Source of the DNA: a phage
Assembly: GCA_036252695.1 (NCBI GenBank)
Contig: GCA_036252695.1_4122.1
Strand: one strand, 5' to 3'
Length of the DNA stretch: 64,000 nucleotides
Below are positions 47,473 through 57,300 of this stretch, in pieces (the stretch's first letter is position 1; each line of letters opens with the position of its first letter). The notes beneath the pieces were generated by a model. The model ran no database searches and was not told the origin of the DNA. It worked only from the letters and a program-made list of their open reading frames with translations. Position numbers and translations under genes: made by a program.

Positions 47473-48897
47473 ATGTCAGATAACAAATCTACTTCAAGAT
47501 TCAATGAAGTATCTCCGGCACTCCAGAAAGAATGTCAAGATCGTCTGGTTCTGGCTCGTACATCTTTGATGTTAACTGCACCATTCTTTGGTGTACTCGC
47601 TTCACGTTTACGTCCAGTTCCTAATAATACATGGTGTCGTACTCTAGCAGTTGATGGTAAACATCTATTCTACAACGTAGAATTTGTAATGGGTATTCAA
47701 GACCCATCTAAAAAGAAAGAATATGAAGAAGCTATTCGTGAAAAGCATCCTGAAGTTACAGACGAACAATTAAAAGAAATGACTGAAGGTTTGACTGATG
47801 AAAACCTTATTGCTGTAATTTGTCATGAAATTCTACACTGTGCTTACGATCACTTCCTTCGTCGTGGTATGCGTGATCCACAACGTTATAACCGTGCAGC
47901 GGATTATGCCATTAACCAAATCATCGTTCGTGAGAAAATTGGAAAAATCCAAAGTTCATGGTTGTATGATAAAAAATATGAAGGTATGACCGCAGAAGAG
48001 ATTTACATTCTTCTTGAAGAAGAAGAACAAAAAGAAGATGGTGAAGGTGAAGGTCAACCACAAAGTGGTGGCGGTGAAGGTGAAGGTAAAAATCGCGGTA
48101 CTTTTGGCGATATTAAAGATGGTAAGGGTAAACCAAAAGGTACTACCATTGACCAGCATGACGTTCCACAAGAAGGTCAAGAAGGTGGTTCAAGTGAACA
48201 GCAAAAACGTGATTATATGGATGATTTCAAAACAGCAATGATGAATGCTGCACGTGCAGGTGGTACACCAGCAGAAATCGCTCGTATGATTAACAACTTT
48301 AAAGAACCAAAGATTGACTGGCGTTCAAAACTTCAACGTACACTTCGTAGTTGGTTGAAGTCTGATGCAACGTATCAAAGTCCTTCTCGTCGTTCATGGG
48401 GTGCTGGTTTTGGTTCTAATGGTTCATTCTATGGTAATCCAATTTACCCAGGGATGAAACCAGATGATGATATTGATATTGCGATTGCACTAGATGCTTC
48501 TGGGTCTATTTCTGAAGATATGCTTCGTGATTTCATTAGTGAAGTTCTTGGCATCACTAAACAATTCAAACAGTTTAAGATTCGTATCATGACTTTTGAT
48601 ACTGAAGTTTATACTGTAAAGGATTACAAAACTGGCGAAGAACGTAAGATTCTGGAATATCCAGTAAAAGGTGGTGGTGGTACTGACTTTGAAGCAGTAT
48701 GGGTTCATATGAAGAACGACAACTACAAGCCTAAACAGCTTGTAATGTTTACTGATGGTGAACCGTGGCAGTCATGGGGTGATCCAAACTACTGTAAAAC
48801 ACTGTTCGTGATTCACAGTAACCCAAATAAAGTTGCACCATTTGGTGAGACTGTACACTACGAATATGAAGCTGATAAAAAGCGTCAACGTAGTTAA
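47473..48897 (+). CDS. VWA-domain protein with N-terminal HExxH metallopeptidase-like motif (partner of the AAA+ ATPase)
   Basis: HEILHCAYDH motif in N-terminal half; MIDAS-like DASGS (IALDASGSIS) in C-terminal half; Gly/Glu-rich linker. Confidence 0.75.
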   Translation: MSDNKSTSRFNEVSPALQKECQDRLVLARTSLMLTAPFFGVLASRLRPVPNNTWCRTLAVDGKHLFYNVEFVMGIQDPSKKKEYEEAIREKHPEVTDEQLKEMTEGLTDENLIAVICHEILHCAYDHFLRRGMRDPQRYNRAADYAINQIIVREKIGKIQSSWLYDKKYEGMTAEEIYILLEEEEQKEDGEGEGQPQSGGGEGEGKNRGTFGDIKDGKGKPKGTTIDQHDVPQEGQEGGSSEQQKRDYMDDFKTAMMNAARAGGTPAEIARMINNFKEPKIDWRSKLQRTLRSWLKSDATYQSPSRRSWGAGFGSNGSFYGNPIYPGMKPDDDIDIAIALDASGSISEDMLRDFISEVLGITKQFKQFKIRIMTFDTEVYTVKDYKTGEERKILEYPVKGGGGTDFEAVWVHMKNDNYKPKQLVMFTDGEPWQSWGDPNYCKTLFVIHSNPNKVAPFGETVHYEYEADKKRQRS

Positions 48898-48907
48898 GTA
48901 CTAAATA

Positions 48908-48940
48908 AAGAGAACGGAATTTTCCGTTCTCTTCTTTTAT
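48908..48940 (+). terminator. rho-independent terminator
   Basis: AAGAGAACGG / CCGTTCTCTT hairpin plus T-run. Confidence 0.55.
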
Positions 48941-48944
48941 AAGT

Positions 48945-48972
48945 GGGACAACTTATAAAAATATGATATAAT
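48945..48972 (+). promoter_or_regulatory. sigma70-like promoter (GTGGGACA-N16-TGATATAAT)
   Basis: Third copy of the GGGACA-N16-TATAAT architecture. Confidence 0.4.
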
Positions 48973-49006
48973 AGTTAATGTACCAATATACATGGAGAGT
49001 ATTAAA

Positions 49007-49252
49007 ATGGAACAAGAAAATAATCAAATTCAACTAACCCTTCTAGACCTAATCAATGCTGCAAAAATCATGGAAGCTGCTGTTGCACGAAACACCTTTA
49101 AAGTTGAAGAACTTGTTGAGGTTGCTCCAGTTGTATCTAAATTTGTTTCTTTTGCAAATGTAGCTCTTGAAGATATTAAAGCACAAGAAGATGCAGCTAA
49201 AGAAGAAGCTGAATCACAAGATAGTGAAACTCAAGAAGATAAAGGAGAATAA
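49007..49252 (+). CDS. hypothetical acidic protein
   Basis: ORF track 48992; ATG at 49007 follows GGAGAG. Confidence 0.45.
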   Translation: MEQENNQIQLTLLDLINAAKIMEAAVARNTFKVEELVEVAPVVSKFVSFANVALEDIKAQEDAAKEEAESQDSETQEDKGE

Positions 49253-49254
49253 TT

Positions 49255-49911
49255 ATGGCAGCTATTCGTCATGTTGGTGTAATGCGTAATACAGGTTCTC
49301 GTGTTTTTGTTGTTTGGCGTTCACTACCAGATGATCCTGAACACTGCCTTATCGTTTATCGTGATTCACTACCAGAAGCATATGTTCACGCAGTAACTGA
49401 TATTGTTATGGGTCATGGTCAATCTAATATTGATTTGTGGGAAGTAATGCATAAAATTGGTTATCTCGATGGACGCAAAATGCTAGATGTTCTACACAAC
49501 ATGCAGCATCTACGTCGCGTTCGTACTTGTGACATTGATATGCACACTGGTGGTAATAATAAAATTTCTCTTGATGTTCTAAACAAAGCATTAGATGAAA
49601 ATCAAGCGAAAGTACAAGAAGATGGTAAAGTAAAAGACTTTAACCCATTCAATCCACAAGAAGCGGACACTAAAGTAGAAGAAGCTACTATTGTAGAACA
49701 ACTTCTCACTGATGCACAAAAATATGAAAAACTGGCTAAAGAACATTATGAACGTGCATATAATTTAGAGCCAAGCTTGCGTCCGCAAACACAAGTTGTT
49801 GAACAACCGAAAGATAGTAAAACAATTTATCTAGAAATTCCAGAAGGTATTTCACAGACTAAAGCTATTGAGAAAGTAAAACAACTATTTGCAGAACGTA
49901 AAGCAAAATAA
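49255..49911 (+). CDS. hypothetical protein
   Basis: 218-aa ORF with AAGGAGA RBS. Confidence 0.5.
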   Translation: MAAIRHVGVMRNTGSRVFVVWRSLPDDPEHCLIVYRDSLPEAYVHAVTDIVMGHGQSNIDLWEVMHKIGYLDGRKMLDVLHNMQHLRRVRTCDIDMHTGGNNKISLDVLNKALDENQAKVQEDGKVKDFNPFNPQEADTKVEEATIVEQLLTDAQKYEKLAKEHYERAYNLEPSLRPQTQVVEQPKDSKTIYLEIPEGISQTKAIEKVKQLFAERKAK

Positions 49912-49914
49912 AAT

Positions 49915-50508
49915 ATGAAAAAGAATGAATTAGATGAAGCAATTAAAGGTTTATCTAATGTATGTTTTAGTGGCGGGGCAGCAGGTGCTGACCGCCTTTT
50001 TTCTATCTATGCAAAAAATAATGGATTTGAAGTTATTAATTTTTCATTCAAAGGTCATGAGCATAGTGTAGATGAAAGTACTATATTAGAAATACCATCC
50101 AATATTCTATCTGATATTTCTATATTAAATCAACTAAACATTGCATGTTACTCGTTGCAGCGAAAAGTACCAAAACCTGGTTCTTATGTTTACAACTTAC
50201 TTGCAAGGAATAGTTATCAGATACTTAATACAGAAAGAATATATTGTATTGCAAATATCACATCACCAACTAAGGTAAGTGGTGGTACTGCATGGGCAGT
50301 ACAGATGTATATGGATTCAGTTGAAAATCCTGAAATTTATTGTTATGATATGAATTCACGTTCAGTATTTTATTTCGATACAGTACTGAAAGAGTTCACA
50401 CAAACATTCGTCGTTCCAGCACCACATGGTAACTGGACTGGTATTGGTTCACGCAATGCCACCGAAAAACATATGGAACATTTTATTACATTTTTCAAGG
50501 AAGAATAA
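49915..50508 (+). CDS. DprA/Smf-like (SLOG-type Rossmann) protein, tentative
   Basis: GGAAGAD near N-terminus, LLARNSYQI and SGGTAWAVQMY resemble the DprA G.ARGID, FP.RNR and SGS..TA motifs; directly upstream of td with ATGA overlap. Confidence 0.4.
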   Translation: MKKNELDEAIKGLSNVCFSGGAAGADRLFSIYAKNNGFEVINFSFKGHEHSVDESTILEIPSNILSDISILNQLNIACYSLQRKVPKPGSYVYNLLARNSYQILNTERIYCIANITSPTKVSGGTAWAVQMYMDSVENPEIYCYDMNSRSVFYFDTVLKEFTQTFVVPAPHGNWTGIGSRNATEKHMEHFITFFKEE

Positions 50509-51437
50509 TGAAACAACTACAAGAACTATATCAAAAAATTCTAGATGAAGGCGTAGAAAGCGTTGACCGTACTGGTGTTGGAACAATCAAACTTATCGGT
50601 CAACAAATGCGTTTTGACCTTAAAGATGGTTTCCCAGCAGTGACGACAAAACGTCTAGCTTGGAAAGCAATGACTTCAGAATTACTATGGTTTATTGAAG
50701 GTTCCCATGATGAGCGTCGCCTTTGTGAAATTTTGCATGGAACTCGTGATACAGAAAAGAAAACTATTTGGACAGATAATTACCTAAATCAAGGCGTTGC
50801 TCTTGGTTATACTGATGGTGAGTTAGGTCCAGTGTATGGTAAGCAATGGCGTGAATGGGAAGATTATAAATTTAGTTCCAGTACTGAAGAAATTCAAGAA
50901 TTAAAAGATAAAGGATACAAAGTTATCGATTATACTGGTTCACATGGTGTTGTTATGAAACGTACAACTGACCAATTACAAGAACTAATCAAAGGTATAA
51001 AGTCCGACCCATATGGTCGTCGCCACATTCTAAGTGCATGGAACGTTGGTGAGCTTGATGATATGACGTTGCCACCTTGTCATAGCTTTGTGCAATTTTG
51101 TGTAGTACAAGGGAAACTAAGCTGCATTCTACATCAACGCTCCGCTGATCTATTTTTAGGAGTTCCATTTAATATCAGTAGTTACTCACTACTAACTCAT
51201 ATGATTGCACAAATTACTGGTTTAGATGTTGGTGAATTTATTTGGAATGGTGGTGATTGTCACATTTATAAAAACCACGTTGAACAAGTAAAAGAACAAC
51301 TACAGCGAAAACCTCGTGAATTACCTGAATTGTGGCTTGATCCTACAATTACTAATATTGAAGATTTCACAATGGATTCTTTCAAATTAGTGAATTACAA
51401 CCCAATGCCAACAATTAAAGCACCGATGGCTGTATAA
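50508..51437 (+). CDS. td: thymidylate synthase (ThyA-type)
   Basis: Canonical motifs DRTGVGT, GPVYGKQWR, LPPCH, QRSADLFLGVPFNISSYSLL; uninterrupted ORF. Confidence 0.9.
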   Translation: MKQLQELYQKILDEGVESVDRTGVGTIKLIGQQMRFDLKDGFPAVTTKRLAWKAMTSELLWFIEGSHDERRLCEILHGTRDTEKKTIWTDNYLNQGVALGYTDGELGPVYGKQWREWEDYKFSSSTEEIQELKDKGYKVIDYTGSHGVVMKRTTDQLQELIKGIKSDPYGRRHILSAWNVGELDDMTLPPCHSFVQFCVVQGKLSCILHQRSADLFLGVPFNISSYSLLTHMIAQITGLDVGEFIWNGGDCHIYKNHVEQVKEQLQRKPRELPELWLDPTITNIEDFTMDSFKLVNYNPMPTIKAPMAV

Positions 51438-51444
51438 ACGAAAA

Positions 51445-51471
51445 GGGAGAACATTAGTTCTCCCTTTTTTT
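51445..51471. terminator. bidirectional rho-independent terminator between convergent gene blocks
   Basis: GGGAGAAC / GTTCTCCC hairpin with flanking A-run and T7; lies between td (+) and the first minus-strand fibre gene. Confidence 0.55.
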
Positions 51472-51472
51472 A

Positions 51473-53437
51473 TTATCTAATTGTTACCAATGTTCTTCCG
51501 TCGAAACGTACATCAGGAGTTGAAGGTATACTAAACACTACGTTAGTGCCGTTAAACGTAACGCTATCGACCTCAACACGAGTATAGACACCAGGACTAA
51601 CCTGTTCCTGTATCTCTGCTGTGACGATGTTTGAGGCTGTTACAGTAAGGGTGTAGTAGTTACCACTTAATACCCAAGATGAAATTGTAAAAGCATCGGT
51701 TCTCACTGAACCTGAACCAATTGGAACCCATTGACCTTGAACTTTTTGCATTGAAGTACGCTCGGTATTGGAGTATGCAATCATACCATCAACGCCAACA
51801 GAGTTATCAATAGTAGCTAGTACTGGTAATTGGATACCATATCTATTAAAACGTGTTCTTATAGTTCCATTATCATAGATACTTACATCAGCATAATTAC
51901 CCATTGATAGTTTTAAATCAGAACTAACTAATTGGATTGTACTTTGATTAGTAGTACTTTCTAATGTAATTATACCATTAGCTAATAGATTTATATTTTT
52001 AAATTTATTAGTTGTTCCATTGAAATTAGTGTTTGCTGTAAACGTACTAACTCCATTAACTGTAATTGTATCAGATGCAGCATCGCCTAATGTAGTATTA
52101 CCTTGAATGTTCAAATTACCACTAGCAGTGATATTACTAGCTGATGTATCACCAGTCAATGTACTTGTACCATCAACCACAATATTACCATGAAACGCAC
52201 TTTCACCATTTTTAAATTCAACTTGTACTTTATTCATTGAACTAAATGAAATAATATTACTACTAGCACTTAGTCCAACATTAGTATTGGTTGCATTATC
52301 AAATCTTAGTACTGGGGTTGATGCTGGGGTTGAAGTTGTTTGGTATAATGTTAATGTTGAATTATTAATTCTAATACGTTCAGTTCCAGCAGTACTGAAA
52401 CCAATTGCATCATCTGCTGGATGAAACATACCAGTATTAGCGTCTGACCATTTTGCAGGATCATTACCTGGGTTATTGGTTGGATCAAATGGATTGTTAT
52501 TAAATGTCAATGCTGGTGCTGCTGCACTACCATAGACCACACCAAAACGCCCTGAGCCGCTTGTTCCATCATTATACATGGAATCACCAGTTCTACGTAA
52601 ACACTCAATCACAACGTTATCTATGGATGTTTGAACGGTCCCTGCGTTTGTCCTAAATTGACGATGATTTGCAATCATTACAGTATTGTCATATAATACT
52701 GAAGCAGCGGAAATGCTTGTTCTTGACTGGCGTAGACGTATGTTTTTATCTTCAGTTATAATAATCCAATCACCATCTGATAGTGCGGTTTGGTTCATTG
52801 GAACACCTGAAGCAAATGGTTTGGTTAAGTCAGCATCTGTTGCTAAATTTTTAAGACCATCATGACCAGTACTAGGAATAGATGCAGGAATAATTCTAGC
52901 GAAAGCGTATGTTACTAGTTTAGCACCAGATATATTTGGATTAGAGTCAACATAATATAAAATTTCAATCCAATTACCTTGTCCAGTTGGATTTGTAGGT
53001 GTAAATGTAACAGGACTTGTTTGTGGATTATTTGCTTCATAATGGGCTTGTGCGGCATCCATAATACCACGAACAACATAATAATCACCATTTAGTGATG
53101 CTGCTGGTGCTGGTAGTGGTGTTTGTGCTAAAGGTGGATCAATATCATCTGGGATAGGATTGTATGTACCAACAAACTGTAAACCACTAGTTACTGAATC
53201 TGGTAATTGGGAAGTAAGAAGTTTACCATTTGCATCTAAGTTTGCAAAGCGGCGATATGCCATAGTACCATCTTCAAAATCCAGAACACCTTCAAATGAT
53301 TTCCATTCCTTATTGTATCTAATCATCCCTGATCTTATTACATCAGCGGTTTCTTTTGATGGTGCTTTCGGTAACTCTAAAAAAGATTTACTATCAATAA
53401 TTACACCACCATCACCTCTAATTCGATTTATACTCAT
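51473..53437 (-). CDS. tail fibre protein (654 aa)
   Basis: GAGGAA RBS; Thr/Ser/Asn/Gly-rich with beta-rich repeats; part of the minus-strand fibre cluster. Confidence 0.65.
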   Translation of the reverse strand: MSINRIRGDGGVIIDSKSFLELPKAPSKETADVIRSGMIRYNKEWKSFEGVLDFEDGTMAYRRFANLDANGKLLTSQLPDSVTSGLQFVGTYNPIPDDIDPPLAQTPLPAPAASLNGDYYVVRGIMDAAQAHYEANNPQTSPVTFTPTNPTGQGNWIEILYYVDSNPNISGAKLVTYAFARIIPASIPSTGHDGLKNLATDADLTKPFASGVPMNQTALSDGDWIIITEDKNIRLRQSRTSISAASVLYDNTVMIANHRQFRTNAGTVQTSIDNVVIECLRRTGDSMYNDGTSGSGRFGVVYGSAAAPALTFNNNPFDPTNNPGNDPAKWSDANTGMFHPADDAIGFSTAGTERIRINNSTLTLYQTTSTPASTPVLRFDNATNTNVGLSASSNIISFSSMNKVQVEFKNGESAFHGNIVVDGTSTLTGDTSASNITASGNLNIQGNTTLGDAASDTITVNGVSTFTANTNFNGTTNKFKNINLLANGIITLESTTNQSTIQLVSSDLKLSMGNYADVSIYDNGTIRTRFNRYGIQLPVLATIDNSVGVDGMIAYSNTERTSMQKVQGQWVPIGSGSVRTDAFTISSWVLSGNYYTLTVTASNIVTAEIQEQVSPGVYTRVEVDSVTFNGTNVVFSIPSTPDVRFDGRTLVTIR

Positions 53438-53489
53438 TTAAATATTTCCTCAGAATAGATTTATATGATGTATTTATTTTAGTTAAAAG

Positions 53490-53516
53490 AAAAGGCCAAG
53501 CATAGGCTTGACCTTA
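53490..53516 (-). terminator. rho-independent terminator (minus strand)
   Basis: Imperfect hairpin (GGTCAAGCC / GCTTGGCC on minus strand) followed by T-run on minus strand. Confidence 0.4.
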
Positions 53517-53521
53517 AAAAA

Positions 53522-54301
53522 TTAACGTATACGTTCAGGAATATCAACACCTTCATATACCCAAGTTGCAGCTTGTTGTGCCTTATAAATTGCATCAGGA
53601 TCTAAATCATCAACTGCATCAATTGCTGCACACTGATTGTCACATTCTGTAAACAATTGCTCAATCATAGCAAAGGCTCCAGTGTATAGTTGTGTCATTT
53701 CAGTAGCAGATAATTTTACAATTGCGTCATCAAGAAAAATAGAAACACTTTCAGAACCTGAAGTGACTTGTGTATAGTAATTAAGAAGCATTTGACGACC
53801 AGACATATCAGTACTGTAACGATGACCATTGAACATATAACCAGAATTCATACGATTTGTACGTTCTGATATAGTTCTTGCTTTTAAATCAACTTTAACA
53901 TCTGCTATTGGCATATCAATATAATGATATGTTTTAAGAACAGTTAGTGCTTTATATTCTTCGGTAGCGTCTTCTAAAAATTCAACAATAGGTTGATTTT
54001 CATCTTTTAATTTAATAAACTCCAACGGTTGTTCAATAGCATTAACATTTCCAACATTTTTATACACTAACCACCAAAAACCTTCTTCTTTTCTAACAGC
54101 ATCATTAGGTTCTACTGGGGAACCATCTTTACTTGAAATACCATAAAGAGTTCTAATATCACTATAAAGATAACGATAGGTTTGTGGATCTTCTGGTGTT
54201 GCACCAGGACGTTCTTTAAGTCCTTTTACACCAATTGGATTGGAAATAATGTTTCCCAATTCATAATTTTCTTTTGAATTTCCTTTCACATATGTGAACA
54301 T
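53522..54301 (-). CDS. hypothetical protein within fibre cluster (possible fibre assembly/accessory protein)
   Basis: 259-aa ORF with GAGGT RBS between two fibre genes. Confidence 0.5.
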   Translation of the reverse strand: MFTYVKGNSKENYELGNIISNPIGVKGLKERPGATPEDPQTYRYLYSDIRTLYGISSKDGSPVEPNDAVRKEEGFWWLVYKNVGNVNAIEQPLEFIKLKDENQPIVEFLEDATEEYKALTVLKTYHYIDMPIADVKVDLKARTISERTNRMNSGYMFNGHRYSTDMSGRQMLLNYYTQVTSGSESVSIFLDDAIVKLSATEMTQLYTGAFAMIEQLFTECDNQCAAIDAVDDLDPDAIYKAQQAATWVYEGVDIPERIR

Positions 54302-54365
54302 ATAACTACCTCACTTGTTATGATGGTGTCACCCAAAATGAGTGACACCTTTATTATTATAATTA

Positions 54366-57300
54366 TTAAGCAGTACGTTGTGCAATAAACATATCTGTTA
54401 CTGGACTCACACCGTCATAAATGACTTGGTAGATAGTTACAGAGTTTGCAGTTTTGTTCAGTGTGCCATCAACAACCGCATAAGTACCATCAGTAGTAAA
54501 GTTTCTATTACCTGTTGCATCTTGTTTCACATAAATGTATACTGAAGATGCTTTACCACCACCGATTAGACCAGTGATTGGTGCTAGAGTGGTATCTTGA
54601 TCTAGAGTGATAAAGTATACGTTGCTAGTACCGTCTGGGGTCCAAGTACCAGTTGGTGCGATAACAGAAGAAGTTACTTGATTAGGAATAACATCATATT
54701 TTTTAGTAGTTACTGTTGTAGTAGTTAGGTCAGCATTAGTAGTTGTTAATTGACCAGTTACAGTTACATCTTTATCAAATACTGCATTTTCTTTGAAAGA
54801 AGATGTTGCATTGACAGTTAATGTATCAGCAGCAGCGTCACCTAAAACAACACTACCATTTGCAGTCATTAAACCAGTAACAGTTAAAGTACCACCGATT
54901 GTTGCTGCTCCAGTAACAGATGCACTAGCAAGTGTTGCTGCACCAGAAGTAGTAATGGTAGTTACTGAAGTTGCTGCTAGGGTTGCAGTACCTGTTGCAG
55001 AAATATCACCACCAACAGTTAGGTTACCAGAAGTAATTCCAACGGTTCCAGTAATGTTAGCACCACTTGACATTGTTACTGCACCACCAAATGAACCAGT
55101 AGTAGTTACTTCAAGGGTGTTCCCTTTTAGTAGACCAGTTGCAGTAATACTTGTACCTGCGGTAATACTAGTACCAGCAGCAACACTGTTGGTTGCAGTT
55201 AATGATTTAACAGCCACGTCAGAGTTTGCTTGGTTTAGTGTTGCGTTAAGTAGACCAGTTACTGTAAAGTTACCGTTGTTAACTACGTTACCATTGATTG
55301 TTAAGTTGTTGTTTTGTGAACCAACATCACCAATAGTTGCTGATTTGGAAATCAACTCTGCACCAGAAGTAATATTACCCGCTGCACTAATAGTGTCCGC
55401 CGCAACAACTGCATAAGGTTCAATTGTTTGACCACTAACGTCAATATCAGCGTTGATACCACCATCTACACGCAAGGAGCCAGCAATGTAAGTATTAGGG
55501 AAAATCTGAACTGTCTCTGGTTGATCGCCAATTTTAGTACCGATAATAACATCAGCACCAGTTTTAACTGCACCAGAGGTTGTTAGAGAACCTAAAGTTG
55601 TAGCACCAGTTACACCTAATGTACCACCAATTGTTGCGTTATTAGTAACTGCTAACGCAGCACCTTCACCATTAAGAGCGATTGATGGAGCAGATACTGC
55701 ACCAGTTACGCCTAATGTGCCACCAATTGTTGCGTTGCCATCTGAATGTAGAGTTGTAGCTACAGAAAGACTGTTAGCAACTACATCAGTACTAGCTAAA
55801 TCCAATGCACCTGGGGTTAATGTACCAGTAATGTTAACATTATTACCAAAGGTCGCTGCACCAGTCACATCTAGTGTAGTACTAAATGTACCAGATGTTG
55901 CAGAGATTGCACCTGAATCTAGTGATCCAACAGTTGCTTTACCAGTTACACCTAAAGTTCCACCAACAGTTCCATTTGTGGTTACATCCAATGTACCAGT
56001 ACTTAGTTCTTGTGCGGTTACCTTACCGGATGCAGTAACAGTTGAAGTGGAAACACCACCAGTTAGAGTACTAGCACCAGTAACACTTAATGTGGTTGCC
56101 GCAGTTACGCTATTCACACTAAGATCAGCACCGGATAAGTCCAAACCACCTTCAGGAACAAATACACCCTTAACAGTTAGTTTTTGTACTGTACTATCAC
56201 CTGTTACATCCAATGTAGAAGCAGTTAAACCACCATTCATACTTGCTGCACCAGTAACACCTAGTGTAGTGGTTACAGTAGCACTATTAAGTGTTGAGCT
56301 ACCAGAAATATTAGCACTAGAAGCAGTAATAGTTCCAGAATCAACTTGTATACCACCAGCAACAACCTGAATTCCACCAGCATTAACTGTTAGTTTACCA
56401 GCAGTATTCAATGTATTTGAAACTGTTGTTGCACCAGTTAAAGTTGTAGTGCCAGTTACACCTAAGTTACCAGAAATAGATGGACTACCTGTAATGTTAC
56501 CAGTAGTTAGTATCAAATCAGTACCTACGGTAGTGGAGCCAGTACTTTCTAGTGTTACACCGACGATGTTTGCAGAACTTAGGTTAATAGTACCATCAAC
56601 AGTTAAGTTACCTTGAACGGTTGCATCACCTAGAGAAGTTAATGTCTTCACAGACACATCAGTTGTGCTAAGATCAATAACACCCGCAGTTAGTGTTCCA
56701 GATACTGCTAAATTACCAGTAATCGCGGTATTTTTAGTAATGGATACATTTTCTGCCGCTGAAGTAATAGAACCAACAGTAAGTACACCACCAACAGTTG
56801 CGTTATTAGTTACATTTAGAGCAGTTCCAACACCAGATAGTGTTGCTGACCCACCAGTAATTGCACCTGAGATTGAAGCTGTTGCTGCTGAAACATCACC
56901 AGAAACTACTGCATTTGTTGCATTTAGAGCAGACACAGTAACTTCAGTACTTTGAACTTTAGGTAGAACGTTGATACCTTCTGCACTACTAACTGTAATA
57001 ATACCAGTACTTGTTAGAGATTTAACAGATACATCAGCACCACTTAAATCAACTGTACCAGAAACAACAAGATCTCCACCAATATTTGCTCCAGCGGTAG
57101 TAGTAATGGATTTTGCACTTACATCAGTTGTGCTCAAATCAATTGCACCTGGTGTTACTGTACCAGAAACTGTTAGGTCACCAGTAATAGATGTATTATT
57201 GGAAATAGATACACCATCAACGTTACTAATTGTTGGGGTTTCTACAGAAACTGCTTTAACTTTACCTGAAGAAGTTACGTCAGCTACGGTAGATGCACCA

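Noticed and set aside
54330-54355. Hairpin GGTGTCAC / GTGACACC between two minus-strand genes as a terminator
   Set aside because: The T-run is on the plus strand only, opposite to the flanking genes; on the minus strand the hairpin is not followed by a U-tract, so it is more likely an RNA stability or processing element.
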